Assembly (NCBI RefSeq): GCF_003018115.1
Contig: NZ_CP027457.1
DNA: 64,000 nt
Strand: one strand, 5' to 3'
From: Escherichia coli
Lineage (GTDB): Bacteria; Pseudomonadota; Gammaproteobacteria; Enterobacterales; Enterobacteriaceae
Shown here: positions 8,065-18,074 of the stretch, in pieces
How the letters are laid out: each line of letters begins with the position of its first letter
Position numbering within the stretch: the first letter of the stretch is position 1
The notes under the pieces: model-generated
Seen by the model: the letters and a program-made list of their open reading frames with translations, nothing else
Told to the model about the DNA's origin: nothing
Database searches by the model: none
Made by a program: the position numbers and the translations under genes

Positions 8065-8370
8065 TCACTTGTTTGGGCCGTGTGGAGCCAAAGCAAATTC
8101 AAGGTTGTAGATACTCCCATCAGGGGCTTTGAAATCAACCTCAAACCGAGATGGCGGATTGAATGGATCGAGTACATTTTCTGCTACGCATGTAGATCTC
8201 CAATTGATATGGCCTTTGCCAAGCGAGCGAGATTCCCACCAAGCTCTCCAGGTCTGGTCTTGCGGTTGATCACTCCCCTTTTCCCTTACATACCAATGAT
8301 TCTTTTTCGACTGCTTACCCATTTCTGCGGTTGGGTACATCGGAGAAGACTTTAACTTATCAATCAGCAT
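8065..8370 (-). CDS. Hypothetical 101-aa protein encoded antisense to the early-left operon
   Basis: ORF on the opposite strand with AAGGTG 6 nt upstream of the ATG at 8370 (track extends to an upstream GTG at 8379); no recognisable family; no TM segment. Confidence 0.4.
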   Translation of the reverse strand: MLIDKLKSSPMYPTAEMGKQSKKNHWYVREKGSDQPQDQTWRAWWESRSLGKGHINWRSTCVAENVLDPFNPPSRFEVDFKAPDGSIYNLEFALAPHGPNK

Positions 8371-8508
8371 TCTAGACACCTTATTTATCAGATTTTGAGC
8401 AAGACATAGTGTGATCCAACATTTTGATTAATCAAGCGAGTTCATTCAAACAACTATGCAGTTAACGCACTGTCTGGATCCGCACATCAAAATTTCAGGA
8501 GTTTATCC

Positions 8509-8805
8509 ATGAACGCTTATTACATTCAGGATCGTCTTGAGGCTCAGAGCTGGGCGCGTCACTACCAGCAGATCGCCCGTGAAGAGAAAGAGGCAGAACT
8601 GGCAGACGACATGGAAAAAGGCCTGCCCCAGCACCTGTTTGAATCACTCTGCATCGATCATTTGCAACGCCACGGGGCCAGCAAAAAAGCCATTACCCGT
8701 GCGTTTGATGACGATGTTGAGTTTCAGGAGCGCATGGCAGAACACATCCGGTACATGGTTGAAACCATTGCTCACCACCAGGTTGATATTGATTCAGAGG
8801 TATAA
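8509..8805 (+). CDS. gam: Gam (RecBCD inhibitor), 98-aa form
   Basis: [60 protein letters not shown]... matches lambda Gam as recalled; AGGAG RBS. Confidence 0.95.
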   Translation: MNAYYIQDRLEAQSWARHYQQIAREEKEAELADDMEKGLPQHLFESLCIDHLQRHGASKKAITRAFDDDVEFQERMAEHIRYMVETIAHHQVDIDSEV

Positions 8806-8810
8806 AACGG

Positions 8811-9596
8811 ATGAGTACAGCACTCGCAACGCTGGCTGGGAAGCTGGCTGAACGTGTCGGCATGGATTCTGTCGACCCACAGGAACTGATCACCACTCTT
8901 CGCCAGACAGCATTTAAAGGCGATGCCAGCGATGCGCAGTTCATCGCATTGCTGATCGTCGCCAACCAATACGGCCTTAATCCGTGGACGAAAGAAATTT
9001 ACGCCTTCCCCGATAAGCAGAACGGCATCGTTCCGGTGGTGGGCGTTGATGGCTGGTCCCGCATCATCAACGAAAACCAGCAGTTTGACGGCATGGACTT
9101 TGAACAGGACAACGAATCCTGCACATGCCGGATTTACCGCAAAGACCGCAATCATCCGATCTGCGTTACCGAGTGGATGGATGAATGCCGCCGCGAACCA
9201 TTCAAAACCCGCGAAGGCAGAGAAATCACGGGGCCGTGGCAGTCGCATCCCAAACGGATGTTACGGCATAAAGCCATGATTCAGTGTGCCCGTCTCGCCT
9301 TCGGATTTGCTGGTATCTATGACAAGGATGAAGCCGAGCGCATTGTCGAAAATACCGCATACACTGCAGAACGTCAGCCGGAACGCGACATCACTCCGGT
9401 TAACGATGAAACCATGCAGGAGATTAACACTCTGCTGATTGCCCTGGATAAAACATGGGATGACGACTTATTGCCGCTCTGTTCCCAGATATTTCGCCGC
9501 GACATTCGCGCATCGTCAGAACTGACACAGGCCGAAGCAGTGAAAGCTCTTGGATTCCTGAAACAGAAAGCCACTGAGCAGAAGGTGGCAGCATGA
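8811..9596 (+). CDS. bet: Bet (Red-beta single-strand annealing protein), 261 aa
   Basis: Full-length match to lambda Bet as recalled ([66 protein letters not shown]...). Confidence 0.95.
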   Translation: MSTALATLAGKLAERVGMDSVDPQELITTLRQTAFKGDASDAQFIALLIVANQYGLNPWTKEIYAFPDKQNGIVPVVGVDGWSRIINENQQFDGMDFEQDNESCTCRIYRKDRNHPICVTEWMDECRREPFKTREGREITGPWQSHPKRMLRHKAMIQCARLAFGFAGIYDKDEAERIVENTAYTAERQPERDITPVNDETMQEINTLLIALDKTWDDDLLPLCSQIFRRDIRASSELTQAEAVKALGFLKQKATEQKVAA

Positions 9597-10273
9597 CACC
9601 GTACATTATCCTGCAGCGTACCGGGATCGACGTGAGAGCTGTCGAACAGGGGGATGATGCATGGCACAAATTACGGCTCGGCGTCATCACCGCTTCAGAA
9701 GTTCACAACGTGATAGCAAAGCCCCGATCAGGAAAGAAGTGGCCTGACATGAAAATGTCCTACTTCCACACCCTGCTGGCTGAGGTTTGCACCGGTGTGG
9801 CTCCGGAAGTTAATGCTAAGGCGCTGGCCTGGGGAAAACAGTACGAGAACGACGCCAGAACCCTGTTTGAATTCACTTCCGGCGTGAATATTACTGAATC
9901 CCCGATCATCTATCGCGACGAAAGTATGCGCACCGCCTGCTCTCCCGATGGTTTATGCAGTGACGGCAACGGCCTTGAACTGAAATGCCCGTTTACCTCC
10001 CGGGATTTCATGAAATTCCGGCTCGGTGGTTTCGAGGCAATAAAATCGGCTTACATGGCCCAGGTGCAGTACAGCATGTGGGTGACGCGAAAAGATGCCT
10101 GGTACTTTGCCAACTATGACCCGCGCATGAAGCGTGAAGGCCTGCATTATGTCGTGATTGAGCGGAATGAAAAGTACATGGCGAGTTTTGACGAGATGGT
10201 GCCGGAGTTCATCGAAAAAATGGACGAGGCACTGGCTGAAATTGGTTTTGTATTTGGGGAGCAATGGCGATGA
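9593..10273 (+). CDS. exo: Lambda exonuclease (Red-alpha), 226 aa
   Basis: [54 protein letters not shown]... matches lambda Exo as recalled; ATGA overlap with the bet stop. Confidence 0.95.
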   Translation: MTPYIILQRTGIDVRAVEQGDDAWHKLRLGVITASEVHNVIAKPRSGKKWPDMKMSYFHTLLAEVCTGVAPEVNAKALAWGKQYENDARTLFEFTSGVNITESPIIYRDESMRTACSPDGLCSDGNGLELKCPFTSRDFMKFRLGGFEAIKSAYMAQVQYSMWVTRKDAWYFANYDPRMKREGLHYVVIERNEKYMASFDEMVPEFIEKMDEALAEIGFVFGEQWR

Positions 10274-10452
10274 CGCATCCTCACGATAATATCCGGGTAG
10301 GCGCGATCACTTTCGTCTACTCCGTTACAAAGCGAGGCTGGGTATTTCCCGGCCTTTCTGTTATCAGAAATCCACTGAAAGCACAGCGGCTGGCTGAGAA
10401 GATAAATAATAAACGGGAGGCGGTATGCACAAAGCATCTCCTGTTGAGTTAA
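10264..10452 (+). CDS. Small hypothetical phage protein (62 aa), lambda orf60a/orf61/orf63-position
   Basis: ORF overlapping the exo stop; position corresponds to the small orfs between exo and xis in lambda. Confidence 0.45.
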   Translation: MAMTHPHDNIRVGAITFVYSVTKRGWVFPGLSVIRNPLKAQRLAEKINNKREAVCTKHLLLS

Positions 10453-10622
10453 GAACGAGTATTGAGATGGCACATAGCCTTGCTCAAATTGGAGTCAGGT
10501 TTGTGCCAATACCAGTAGAAACAGACGAAGAATTTCATACGTTAGCCACATCCCTTTCACAAAAGCTGGAAATGATGGTGGCGAAAGCAGAAGCAGAAGC
10601 AGATGAGAGAGACCAGGTATGA
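10425..10622 (+). CDS. Small hypothetical phage protein (65 aa)
   Basis: ORF with GGGAGG-type RBS; acidic C-terminus; translationally coupled to the next ORF through an ATGA overlap. Confidence 0.5.
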   Translation: MHKASPVELRTSIEMAHSLAQIGVRFVPIPVETDEEFHTLATSLSQKLEMMVAKAEAEADERDQV

Positions 10623-10702
10623 CAACCACTGAATGCATTTTTCTGGCAGCGGGCTTCATATTCTGTGTGCTTATGCTTGCCGACATGGGGCTTGTTCAAT
10701 GA
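10619..10702 (+). CDS. Candidate 27-aa single-TM peptide (MTTTECIFLAAGFIFCVLMLADMGLVQ), below the ORF-track size cutoff
   Basis: ATG overlaps the upstream stop (ATGA) and its own stop overlaps the downstream ATG (ATGA); hydrophobic core consistent with one membrane helix. Confidence 0.35.
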   Translation: MTTTECIFLAAGFIFCVLMLADMGLVQ

Positions 10703-10914
10703 CACCTCAGCAAGAAAACGCCCTTCGCAGCATTGCCCGTCAGGCTAATTCTGAAATCAAAAAAGCCAGACAGCATTTTCCGGATAAAAACGTCGATGAC
10801 ATTTGCCGTAGCGTACTAAAGAAGCACCGCGAAACGGTAACGCTGATGGGATTCACACCGACTCATTTAAGCCTGGCGATCGGCATGTTGAACGGCGTCT
10901 TTAAGGAACGGTGA
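10699..10914 (+). CDS. Small hypothetical phage protein (71 aa from MTPQQ...)
   Basis: Internal ATG of track ORF 10633-10914, chosen because it is translationally coupled to the upstream small ORF. Confidence 0.5.
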   Translation: MTPQQENALRSIARQANSEIKKARQHFPDKNVDDICRSVLKKHRETVTLMGFTPTHLSLAIGMLNGVFKER

Positions 10915-11012
10915 ACATGAAAAGCAAAATCATCAGGGAGCTACAGGCTCCTTTTTTATTATTCGCATTTACCCTCAAGCGTATTAACCAACAATTCAGG
11001 GATTAATGAAAG

Positions 11013-11231
11013 ATGGCAGACATCATTGATTCAGCATCAGAAATCGAAGAATTACAGCGCAATACAGCAATAAAAATGCGTCGTCTGAACTACCAGACTG
11101 TATCCGCAACTCATTGTTGTGAGTGTGGCGATCCGATAGATGAGCGAAGACGCCTGGCTGTTCAGGGTTGTCGGACTTGTGCAAGTTGCCAGGAGGAGAT
11201 CGAACTTAAGAACAAACAATGGGGACTGTGA
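11013..11231 (+). CDS. TraR/DksA-family C4 zinc-finger protein (72 aa)
   Basis: CxxC...17...CxxC motif (CCECGDPIDERRRLAVQGCRTCASC) typical of TraR/DksA C4 zinc fingers; common in lambdoid early-left regions. Confidence 0.7.
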   Translation: MADIIDSASEIEELQRNTAIKMRRLNYQTVSATHCCECGDPIDERRRLAVQGCRTCASCQEEIELKNKQWGL

Positions 11232-11278
11232 TGGCCTCAAAGCAGCAAATTTCAACATCATCCAACTGAGGTGTAAAA

Positions 11279-11557
11279 ATGTTCAGAATCATTTTTCCTA
11301 ACACCTGGTACGTCGACCACCACGGCACTCCCTGCAAAATCCTGCGTTCTACCCACAACAAAGTTCACTACATCCGAAAAGGCAGAACATGTATCGCCAG
11401 CATGTTCCGCTTTAATCATGACTTTGAACCTGTGAATAAAGCTGATGCAGATCGGATAGCAGAAGAGATCGAAACGGCAGAACACATTAAGAAGTTACGT
11501 GACATGCGTTCAAAAAGCAGAGGTAACCATGGAATCATACAGCCTCACACTCGATGA
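11279..11557 (+). CDS. Hypothetical phage protein (92 aa), upstream of xis
   Basis: ORF with AGGTG-type RBS in the position occupied by ea-type accessory genes in lambda; no family recognised. Confidence 0.45.
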   Translation: MFRIIFPNTWYVDHHGTPCKILRSTHNKVHYIRKGRTCIASMFRFNHDFEPVNKADADRIAEEIETAEHIKKLRDMRSKSRGNHGIIQPHTR

Positions 11558-11900
11558 GGCCTGTCAGTTTCTTAAGATATCCAGACCAACCGCCACCAAC
11601 TGGATACGAACAGGCCGCCTACAGGCAACACGTAAAGATCCAACCAAGCCAAAATCTCCTTACCTCACAACACGGCAAGCCTGCATTGCGGCGCTTCAGT
11701 CTCCGCTGCATACTGTCCAGGTGAGCGCGGGTGATGGCATAACAGAGGAAAGAAAATGTCACTCTTCCGCAGAAATGAAATATGGTATGCCTCGTATTCG
11801 CTCCCGGGCGGGAAACGAATTAAGGAATCTCTTGGCACAAAGGACAAGCGGCAAGCTCAGGAGTTGCACGACAAGCGAAAAGCAGAACTCTGGCGAGTAG
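11529..11900 (+). CDS. xis: Excisionase-like (AlpA/Xis-type HTH) ORF; reading frame runs about 145 nt into int, so the true 3' end is uncertain
   Basis: [36 protein letters not shown] is an AlpA-like HTH; immediately upstream of the integrase. Confidence 0.45.
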   Translation: MESYSLTLDEACQFLKISRPTATNWIRTGRLQATRKDPTKPKSPYLTTRQACIAALQSPLHTVQVSAGDGITEERKCHSSAEMKYGMPRIRSRAGNELRNLLAQRTSGKLRSCTTSEKQNSGE

Positions 11901-12919
11901 AAAAGCTAGGGGATTTACCTGATGTCACTTTTGAAGAGGCCTGCCTAAGATGGCTTGAGGAAAAAGCTGATAAAAAATCTCTCGATTCAGATAAAAGCCG
12001 GATTGAGTTCTGGCTTGAACATTTTGAGGGTATAAGGCTTAAAGATATCTCGGAGGCAAAGATTTACTCTGCTGTAAGCAGAATGCATAACAGAAAGACG
12101 AAAGAAATATGGAAACAGAAAGTTCAGGCCGCCATCAGGAAAGGTAAAGAACCGCCTGTTTATGAACCAAAGCCAGTATCAACTCAGACAAAGGCAAAGC
12201 ATCTTGCCATGATAAAGGCCATTCTCCGTGCTGCAGAACGCGACTGGAAGTGGCTGGAAAAAGCGCCTGTCATCAAGATACCAGCGGTCAGAAACAAGCG
12301 AGTCAGATGGCTGGAAAAGGAGGAAGCAAAACGCCTTATTGATGAGTGCCCCGAACCACTGAAATCTGTCGTCAAGTTTGCGCTGGCAACTGGTCTGAGA
12401 AAGTCGAACATCATAAATCTGGAATGGCAACAAATCGACATGCAGCGACGAGTTGCCTGGGTGAATCCAGAAGAGAGCAAATCAAACCGCGCCATTGGCG
12501 TGGCGCTGAACGATACCGCCTGTAAAGTGTTGCGTGATCAAATAGGCAAGCATCACAAATGGGTGTTTGTACATACCAAGGCGGCTAAGCGAGCAGATGG
12601 AACATCAACGCCTGCGGTCAGGAAGATGCGCATCGACAGCAAGACATCATGGCTATCAGCTTGTCGTCGTGCAGGAATTGAAGATTTCCGTTTCCATGAC
12701 CTCAGACACACCTGGGCAAGCTGGCTGATTCAGTCAGGCGTCCCATTATCAGTGCTTCAGGAAATGGGCGGATGGGAGTCCATAGAAATGGTTCGTAGGT
12801 ATGCTCACCTTGCGCCTAATCATTTGACAGAGCATGCGAGGAAAATAGACGACATTTTTGGTGATAATGTCCCAAATATGTCCCACTCTGGAATTATGGA
12901 GGATATAAAGAAGGCGTAA
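11756..12919 (+). CDS. intD: Tyrosine integrase, DLP12 IntD-type (387 aa)
   Basis: Full-length match to DLP12 IntD as recalled ([46 protein letters not shown]...; C-terminal [10 protein letters not shown]...RYAHL catalytic region); stop 16 nt from the tRNA 3' end. Confidence 0.95.
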   Translation: MSLFRRNEIWYASYSLPGGKRIKESLGTKDKRQAQELHDKRKAELWRVEKLGDLPDVTFEEACLRWLEEKADKKSLDSDKSRIEFWLEHFEGIRLKDISEAKIYSAVSRMHNRKTKEIWKQKVQAAIRKGKEPPVYEPKPVSTQTKAKHLAMIKAILRAAERDWKWLEKAPVIKIPAVRNKRVRWLEKEEAKRLIDECPEPLKSVVKFALATGLRKSNIINLEWQQIDMQRRVAWVNPEESKSNRAIGVALNDTACKVLRDQIGKHHKWVFVHTKAAKRADGTSTPAVRKMRIDSKTSWLSACRRAGIEDFRFHDLRHTWASWLIQSGVPLSVLQEMGGWESIEMVRRYAHLAPNHLTEHARKIDDIFGDNVPNMSHSGIMEDIKKA

Positions 12920-12934
12920 CTGATTGAATTGTAA

Positions 12935-13011
12935 TGGCGCGCCCTGCAGGATTCGAACCTGCGGCCCACGACTTAGAAGGTCGTTGCTCTATCCAACTGA
13001 GCTAAGGGCGC
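12935..13011 (-). tRNA. argU: tRNA-Arg (anticodon UCU)
   Basis: Reverse complement reads GCGCCCTTAGCTCAGTTGGATAGAGCAACGACCTTCTAAGTCGTGGGCCGCAGGTTCGAATCCTGCAGGGCGCGCCA; cloverleaf with TCT anticodon and encoded CCA. Confidence 0.95.
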
Positions 13012-13253
13012 GTTGATACCGCAATGCGGTGTAATCGCGTGAATTATACGGTCAACCCTTGCTGAGTCAATGGCTTTTGATCTGGTTGCTGAACAAGTGA
13101 ACGACCGCGTCTGATTTTCTGATTTATTTCGCTATAGCGGCAAACAAACGCACACCGCTGCGCGTCTGAATCAAGAAAACCCGTATTTTCATGTATCAAA
13201 GTACAATTTACCGCCCTAACGGAAAATTGTCCGCTCCTATGAGACTGGTAACT

Positions 13254-13886
13254 ATGAAACCAACGTCGGTGATCATTATGGATACTCATCCTATCATCAG
13301 AATGTCTATTGAAGTTCTGTTGCAAAAAAACAGTGAATTGCAGATTGTCCTGAAAACGGATGATTACCGCATAACCATCGATTATCTCCGAACCCGTCCT
13401 GTTGATTTAATCATTATGGATATAGACTTGCCCGGAACAGACGGTTTTACCTTCCTGAAAAGGATCAAACAAATCCAGAGCACAGTGAAAGTGTTATTTT
13501 TATCATCGAAATCAGAATGCTTTTATGCTGGCAGAGCGATACAAGCTGGTGCTAACGGTTTTGTCAGTAAATGCAATGATCAGAATGATATTTTTCATGC
13601 CGTTCAGATGATCCTCTCCGGATACACGTTTTTTCCCAGCGAAACGCTTAACTATATAAAAAGCAATAAATGTAGTACGAATAGTTCAACGGTCACTGTG
13701 CTATCTAATCGTGAAGTGACCATATTACGTTATCTAGTTAGCGGATTATCTAATAAAGAAATTGCCGATAAGTTATTACTTAGCAATAAAACAGTTAGTG
13801 CGCATAAATCTAATATTTATGGCAAGCTAGGTTTGCATTCAATTGTAGAGCTTATCGACTACGCCAAATTATACGAATTAATATAA
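13254..13886 (+). CDS. fimZ: Fimbrial response regulator FimZ (REC plus LuxR-type HTH)
   Basis: Translation from MKPTSVIIMDTHPIIRMSIEVLLQKN... matches FimZ as recalled; track ORF extends upstream to 13191. Confidence 0.9.
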   Translation: MKPTSVIIMDTHPIIRMSIEVLLQKNSELQIVLKTDDYRITIDYLRTRPVDLIIMDIDLPGTDGFTFLKRIKQIQSTVKVLFLSSKSECFYAGRAIQAGANGFVSKCNDQNDIFHAVQMILSGYTFFPSETLNYIKSNKCSTNSSTVTVLSNREVTILRYLVSGLSNKEIADKLLLSNKTVSAHKSNIYGKLGLHSIVELIDYAKLYELI

Positions 13887-13888
13887 TA

Positions 13889-14404
13889 TTAATTATAATT
13901 GATCATAAATATCGCATCCGCTTTCGCCACACCTGGCCGAACACCGCTGGCTAACGCTCGATAATTGGCAAAAAAGTTTAGTGTGACATTGCCATTTGCA
14001 TCTACTTCCTCAGTCGGGCTCGCCTCCCCCAGTGCGAGCCGGGAGCGATCGCTATTACGTAATTCGATGGCGACGGTTTGTGCCATTGCGGGATCATCCA
14101 GAGCCAGCAGGTTGGCATCAGATGCCGGCGTTCCCGTAAATAAAATCGCAACTGAACCCGGAGGACATCCCTCCAGCCGCAGGCTAAAAGGGACGAGTGC
14201 CGTGGTATCGCCAGCGTTCAGTAATTGTGTCGTAGGCCATCTGCCTAAATCTACCGTCTTATCAATATCCGCTGTGTTTACGGTACAGGAGAAATCAACA
14301 ACGTTACCGTGCAAATTGATATTAATCGTTCCTAAAGGGTCAGCTGCCCATCCACTGGAACTCCACAGTAACCCGCAGAAACAGCTAAAGAATACTCTTC
14401 TCAT
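13889..14404 (-). CDS. sfmF: Type 1-like fimbrial minor subunit SfmF
   Basis: Signal peptide MRRVFFSCFCGLLWSSSGWA followed by fimbrial subunit domain; gene order matches the sfm operon. Confidence 0.85.
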   Translation of the reverse strand: MRRVFFSCFCGLLWSSSGWAADPLGTININLHGNVVDFSCTVNTADIDKTVDLGRWPTTQLLNAGDTTALVPFSLRLEGCPPGSVAILFTGTPASDANLLALDDPAMAQTVAIELRNSDRSRLALGEASPTEEVDANGNVTLNFFANYRALASGVRPGVAKADAIFMINYN

Positions 14405-14414
14405 TCTCCGTACC

Positions 14415-15422
14415 TCATTGATAATCGACGCGTAAATACCCCAGCGCGCTAAACGGCCCTTCGGTCGGTTTTTGACCGGTAATACTGATAGGCCAGGCGC
14501 GAAGTGTGACATTGGCTGCCGCAGCTGCATCCAGACGGAAAGGAATAACGCTATTGAGATCGTTAGGCGTGATCGGCGTATCGTTCTGATCGGCGACAAT
14601 AAAACCTAAATCCTGATTGTCCGACACCATCGCCTGACCAGAAACGGCACTGGCTTCCAGACGCATTGTTAAATAAGCCTGCGCAGCAACATTCGTACAT
14701 TTGACCGCAATGCTCTTGGTTTGCGGCATGACACCAGCAGGTCGATTACCCGGCCCTGCCGCACTAAATAACGATGCGCCGATATCACCAAAATCAAATT
14801 CAACAATCTGCCCGGCATTTAATTCGCAGTTTTGCGGTACTTCAACCCGGCCACCAAAACTAATGGTATAAACAGGTGTAACCAACGGATCGTAAGGCGT
14901 TGATGTCACATACACGGTAAACATCACCTGTCTGGGGATCTCCACCATGTTAATAAAGGGCCGAATAACCTTTAAACGAAATATCAAACGAGAATCCATC
15001 ACCCCGAACGGAAGGTTTTGCGAAACGTTAGGATCTGTTCCCATACGAATATAATTTTGCGGGGGAAATTGAATATCCATCACGCTATCAACCAGACTCA
15101 TCGCACCTAATAGATAATCATTTAATTGCATATATTTATAATTATCGATAGTTTCCTGAACAATAAAGTTGGTGACATAACTACGGTATGTATAATTCAC
15201 CAGCGTGCCGGGTGGACAAATTGCTGACACACCTACCCAGCCGGATTTTTCCGGTAAAACAACAATCTGCCCTGGCTGATTATTGGTGCTATTAAAGACA
15301 TTTGAGAGATCATAGTGTTCATCTTCTGCTACGCCAGTACTATTTGCACAAACAGTAGCCCAGGATATGTTTGCCAGACACAAACATGCCATTGCCAATA
15401 ATAATCTGCAGATTATCTTCAT
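14415..15422 (-). CDS. sfmH: Fimbrial adhesin-like protein SfmH
   Basis: Signal peptide plus FimH-like two-domain protein; position in the sfm operon. Confidence 0.85.
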   Translation of the reverse strand: MKIICRLLLAMACLCLANISWATVCANSTGVAEDEHYDLSNVFNSTNNQPGQIVVLPEKSGWVGVSAICPPGTLVNYTYRSYVTNFIVQETIDNYKYMQLNDYLLGAMSLVDSVMDIQFPPQNYIRMGTDPNVSQNLPFGVMDSRLIFRLKVIRPFINMVEIPRQVMFTVYVTSTPYDPLVTPVYTISFGGRVEVPQNCELNAGQIVEFDFGDIGASLFSAAGPGNRPAGVMPQTKSIAVKCTNVAAQAYLTMRLEASAVSGQAMVSDNQDLGFIVADQNDTPITPNDLNSVIPFRLDAAAAANVTLRAWPISITGQKPTEGPFSALGYLRVDYQ

Positions 15423-15434
15423 TGATAATTTCCT

Positions 15435-18044
15435 TTATGAGCCAGGATGTGTGCAAACTGCCGAAATAACAGTGACGGCTTGCTGTAAGCTTTGCTTCGG
15501 CAATACATAGTGCGCAATGCAGCGTGAGTTCGCGCCGTCTCCCCACTGAACCAGTAATTCACCAGACAATGGCGCACCACTTAAATAAACTTGCCCGTCA
15601 TCACCCACCATACTGGTTATTCCGGTACTGTTTTCCCGTACCAGTGATCCAAACGGCACCGGTTTTCCGCCCTGGGTAACGGTAATGAGCGCCCGCACGC
15701 CTATGCGGGTATCAAAATTGGCACGAACCAACGCGCCTTGCGTCGGCACAACGCTGCTAATATTTTTTTCAACATCGATGGAATTCCCCATCGTATTGGT
15801 ATCAAGCGCGATACGGTTATACCGATAAACCGTGGCATACGGCATCACCGCATAGCCGCGCCAGTCGGTTAAAATGCCAGTTTGATTTTCAATGCGTACA
15901 CCGCCTGCGCCAGGCGCTTTAATCAAAACATTGGTATCCCCTAAAGGCTGGCTCAGCGTTATGCCATTTTCATGCCCGACCACACCGCCAGACAGCTGCC
16001 AGTTAACGTCATGTTGATCGCGGTCGTAGTTATACCCGACCCCCAGCGTACCGTAAGCGGCCTGCCAGTTTGCCGTGGCGCTGCCCGTGTACCCATTATT
16101 CGAGGTATCACCCTGGCTTACGTGATAACTCAGGTTGTGGCCTTCCAGTAAGGTCCCACCTACACCTGCCAGCCAGCTATTTTGCCCGTTGCTGTTACGG
16201 TTGGCGTTAAAGGAGGCATAAGCGCGGTCGAGCGCATTTTCCCGGGTGTAGCGACGTTTGGTCAAAACATTGAAAGGCACTGAAACATTAAGTCCGACAA
16301 TACGTTCGTTATCGGGGATCCCTACAGATTCATTCCACGAAAATGAGAGCGAATAACTGATGCCAACCCAGCTGCTGGTATACCCCACCTGATACCACGT
16401 ATCTGAATCCGAAGTATTCCAGTATTTTTGATGGGTACCAGAGATATAAAGCGAGCCAAAGTCATTAAGTGATTGTGAAATATTTAACTGCAAACGGTCT
16501 TTACGGCTAAAGCGTAAATTGTGGTAATTCACGATTATCGGTTCATCGCGATGCTCACCGTCGTAATCGTAATCATATTCGTACCCCTCCATTCGACGAT
16601 ACGCAACATCATCAAGGGTATAAAAACCTTGTGTCGAATAGCGGTAACCCATTAACTGAAAATTGGTGCCGAAGGTGTTCATTGATTTCGCATAGAGGAA
16701 GCGAATGGAATCCCCCTCATGACGACTGTCGTCGGCTAACTGACTGCGCGCATGCGTTACATCCAGCGACACTGCGCCCCAGTTCCCGAGGTTGCGCCCC
16801 AGCCCTAACAAAAAGGCGGTGTAATTTGCAGATAATTGCGTCCCGCCGTAGGCAGTAAATTCCTGTGGTAAACCACCGAGTGCCGTGCCCTGAAAAAAGA
16901 AAGGCGATGATTGCTGACTATTACCGCTACGAAAATCGCCCGCCGTCAGGTCAAATTTGAAACGCCCTTCGCGTTGTAAAATTGGCACTGTTGAATACGG
17001 AATAGTGTAATTCTGCTGATTGCCATCGCGTTCGTCGATGGTGACGTCCAGATCGCCATTTGAAGATGTCGGGTGCAAATCTGTAATTTCAAAAGCGCCG
17101 GGGGAAACATAGCTTTGATAGATAATAAAACCATTTTGCCGAATCGTTAGCTGGGCCGCCGTACGGGCAATCCCACGTACCGTTGGGGCAAACCCTTGCT
17201 GGCTATCAGGATACATATTATCGGAAGAATAAAGCCGTACACCACGAAATCCAACACCATCGAAAATATCACTTCCTGTATTGCCGTCTCCCATTACCAG
17301 TTCACTTTTCAGCGGAATAATGGCGCGCTGTACCCAGGTGCCAATATTATTCCACTGTTCTGAATGATATCCATTTCCGCGAAAATAGTTCCAGGAACCA
17401 TTGTTGCGTAAACGCCACGGGCCAATATTAATCCCGCTGAGCTCACTAAAAAAATAGCTATCGTTACCATTACCTCTGTTACCGGTGAAATTATAATTCA
17501 GGAGTAAAGCAGGAATACCTTCATCCCACTCTTCAGGCGGAATGTAACCGTGAGCGCTACTCAACAACGCTATCTGAGGAATAGTGATGTTCAGGCGCAT
17601 CGCTGCAAAATCAAAGTTAATTGTGGCATCAGGTACAGATTTCAGTAAATTGATGCATTTATTGTTTTGCTGCTGGGCTAACTCGGGAAATGCACTGCTA
17701 TTAAGGCCAATTCGTTCAAGGAGTACCTGGTTAAAACAGGGCATTAACCCACCTGATTTATCACCTGTATTTTCTGTTGTCGATTCAAATACGATATCCT
17801 GTGAACCAATGAACTCATCATTACGCCAGAGATCCACCCGATACACTCCCGCAGGTTGATGATTGCCTCTCTCAAAGCGCGATAAATCAGCAACGGATGT
17901 GCCATTCTCTAATAAAAATGCCGGGTTGAAATAACTTTCCGCATAGCTTAAAAAGGAGGGTAAAATGGCAAGAGATGAATAACAAATTCCGGCCAGACAC
18001 CAGGTATACCTCTGCGGAATATCCGTAGTAGTGGGTATTTTCAT
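15435..18044 (-). CDS. sfmD: Fimbrial outer-membrane usher SfmD
   Basis: 869-aa usher-family protein between chaperone and adhesin genes. Confidence 0.9.
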   Translation of the reverse strand: MKIPTTTDIPQRYTWCLAGICYSSLAILPSFLSYAESYFNPAFLLENGTSVADLSRFERGNHQPAGVYRVDLWRNDEFIGSQDIVFESTTENTGDKSGGLMPCFNQVLLERIGLNSSAFPELAQQQNNKCINLLKSVPDATINFDFAAMRLNITIPQIALLSSAHGYIPPEEWDEGIPALLLNYNFTGNRGNGNDSYFFSELSGINIGPWRLRNNGSWNYFRGNGYHSEQWNNIGTWVQRAIIPLKSELVMGDGNTGSDIFDGVGFRGVRLYSSDNMYPDSQQGFAPTVRGIARTAAQLTIRQNGFIIYQSYVSPGAFEITDLHPTSSNGDLDVTIDERDGNQQNYTIPYSTVPILQREGRFKFDLTAGDFRSGNSQQSSPFFFQGTALGGLPQEFTAYGGTQLSANYTAFLLGLGRNLGNWGAVSLDVTHARSQLADDSRHEGDSIRFLYAKSMNTFGTNFQLMGYRYSTQGFYTLDDVAYRRMEGYEYDYDYDGEHRDEPIIVNYHNLRFSRKDRLQLNISQSLNDFGSLYISGTHQKYWNTSDSDTWYQVGYTSSWVGISYSLSFSWNESVGIPDNERIVGLNVSVPFNVLTKRRYTRENALDRAYASFNANRNSNGQNSWLAGVGGTLLEGHNLSYHVSQGDTSNNGYTGSATANWQAAYGTLGVGYNYDRDQHDVNWQLSGGVVGHENGITLSQPLGDTNVLIKAPGAGGVRIENQTGILTDWRGYAVMPYATVYRYNRIALDTNTMGNSIDVEKNISSVVPTQGALVRANFDTRIGVRALITVTQGGKPVPFGSLVRENSTGITSMVGDDGQVYLSGAPLSGELLVQWGDGANSRCIAHYVLPKQSLQQAVTVISAVCTHPGS

Positions 18045-18074
18045 AATTAGCTCTGATATTGTCAGATGATTCGG

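Noticed and set aside
8080-8355. 91-aa plus-strand ORF in the N-to-gam interval
   Set aside because: Translation is rich in Cys/Trp/Arg with no RBS; the overlapping minus-strand frame (8065-8370) has a good RBS and more protein-like composition, so I preferred that one, with low confidence.
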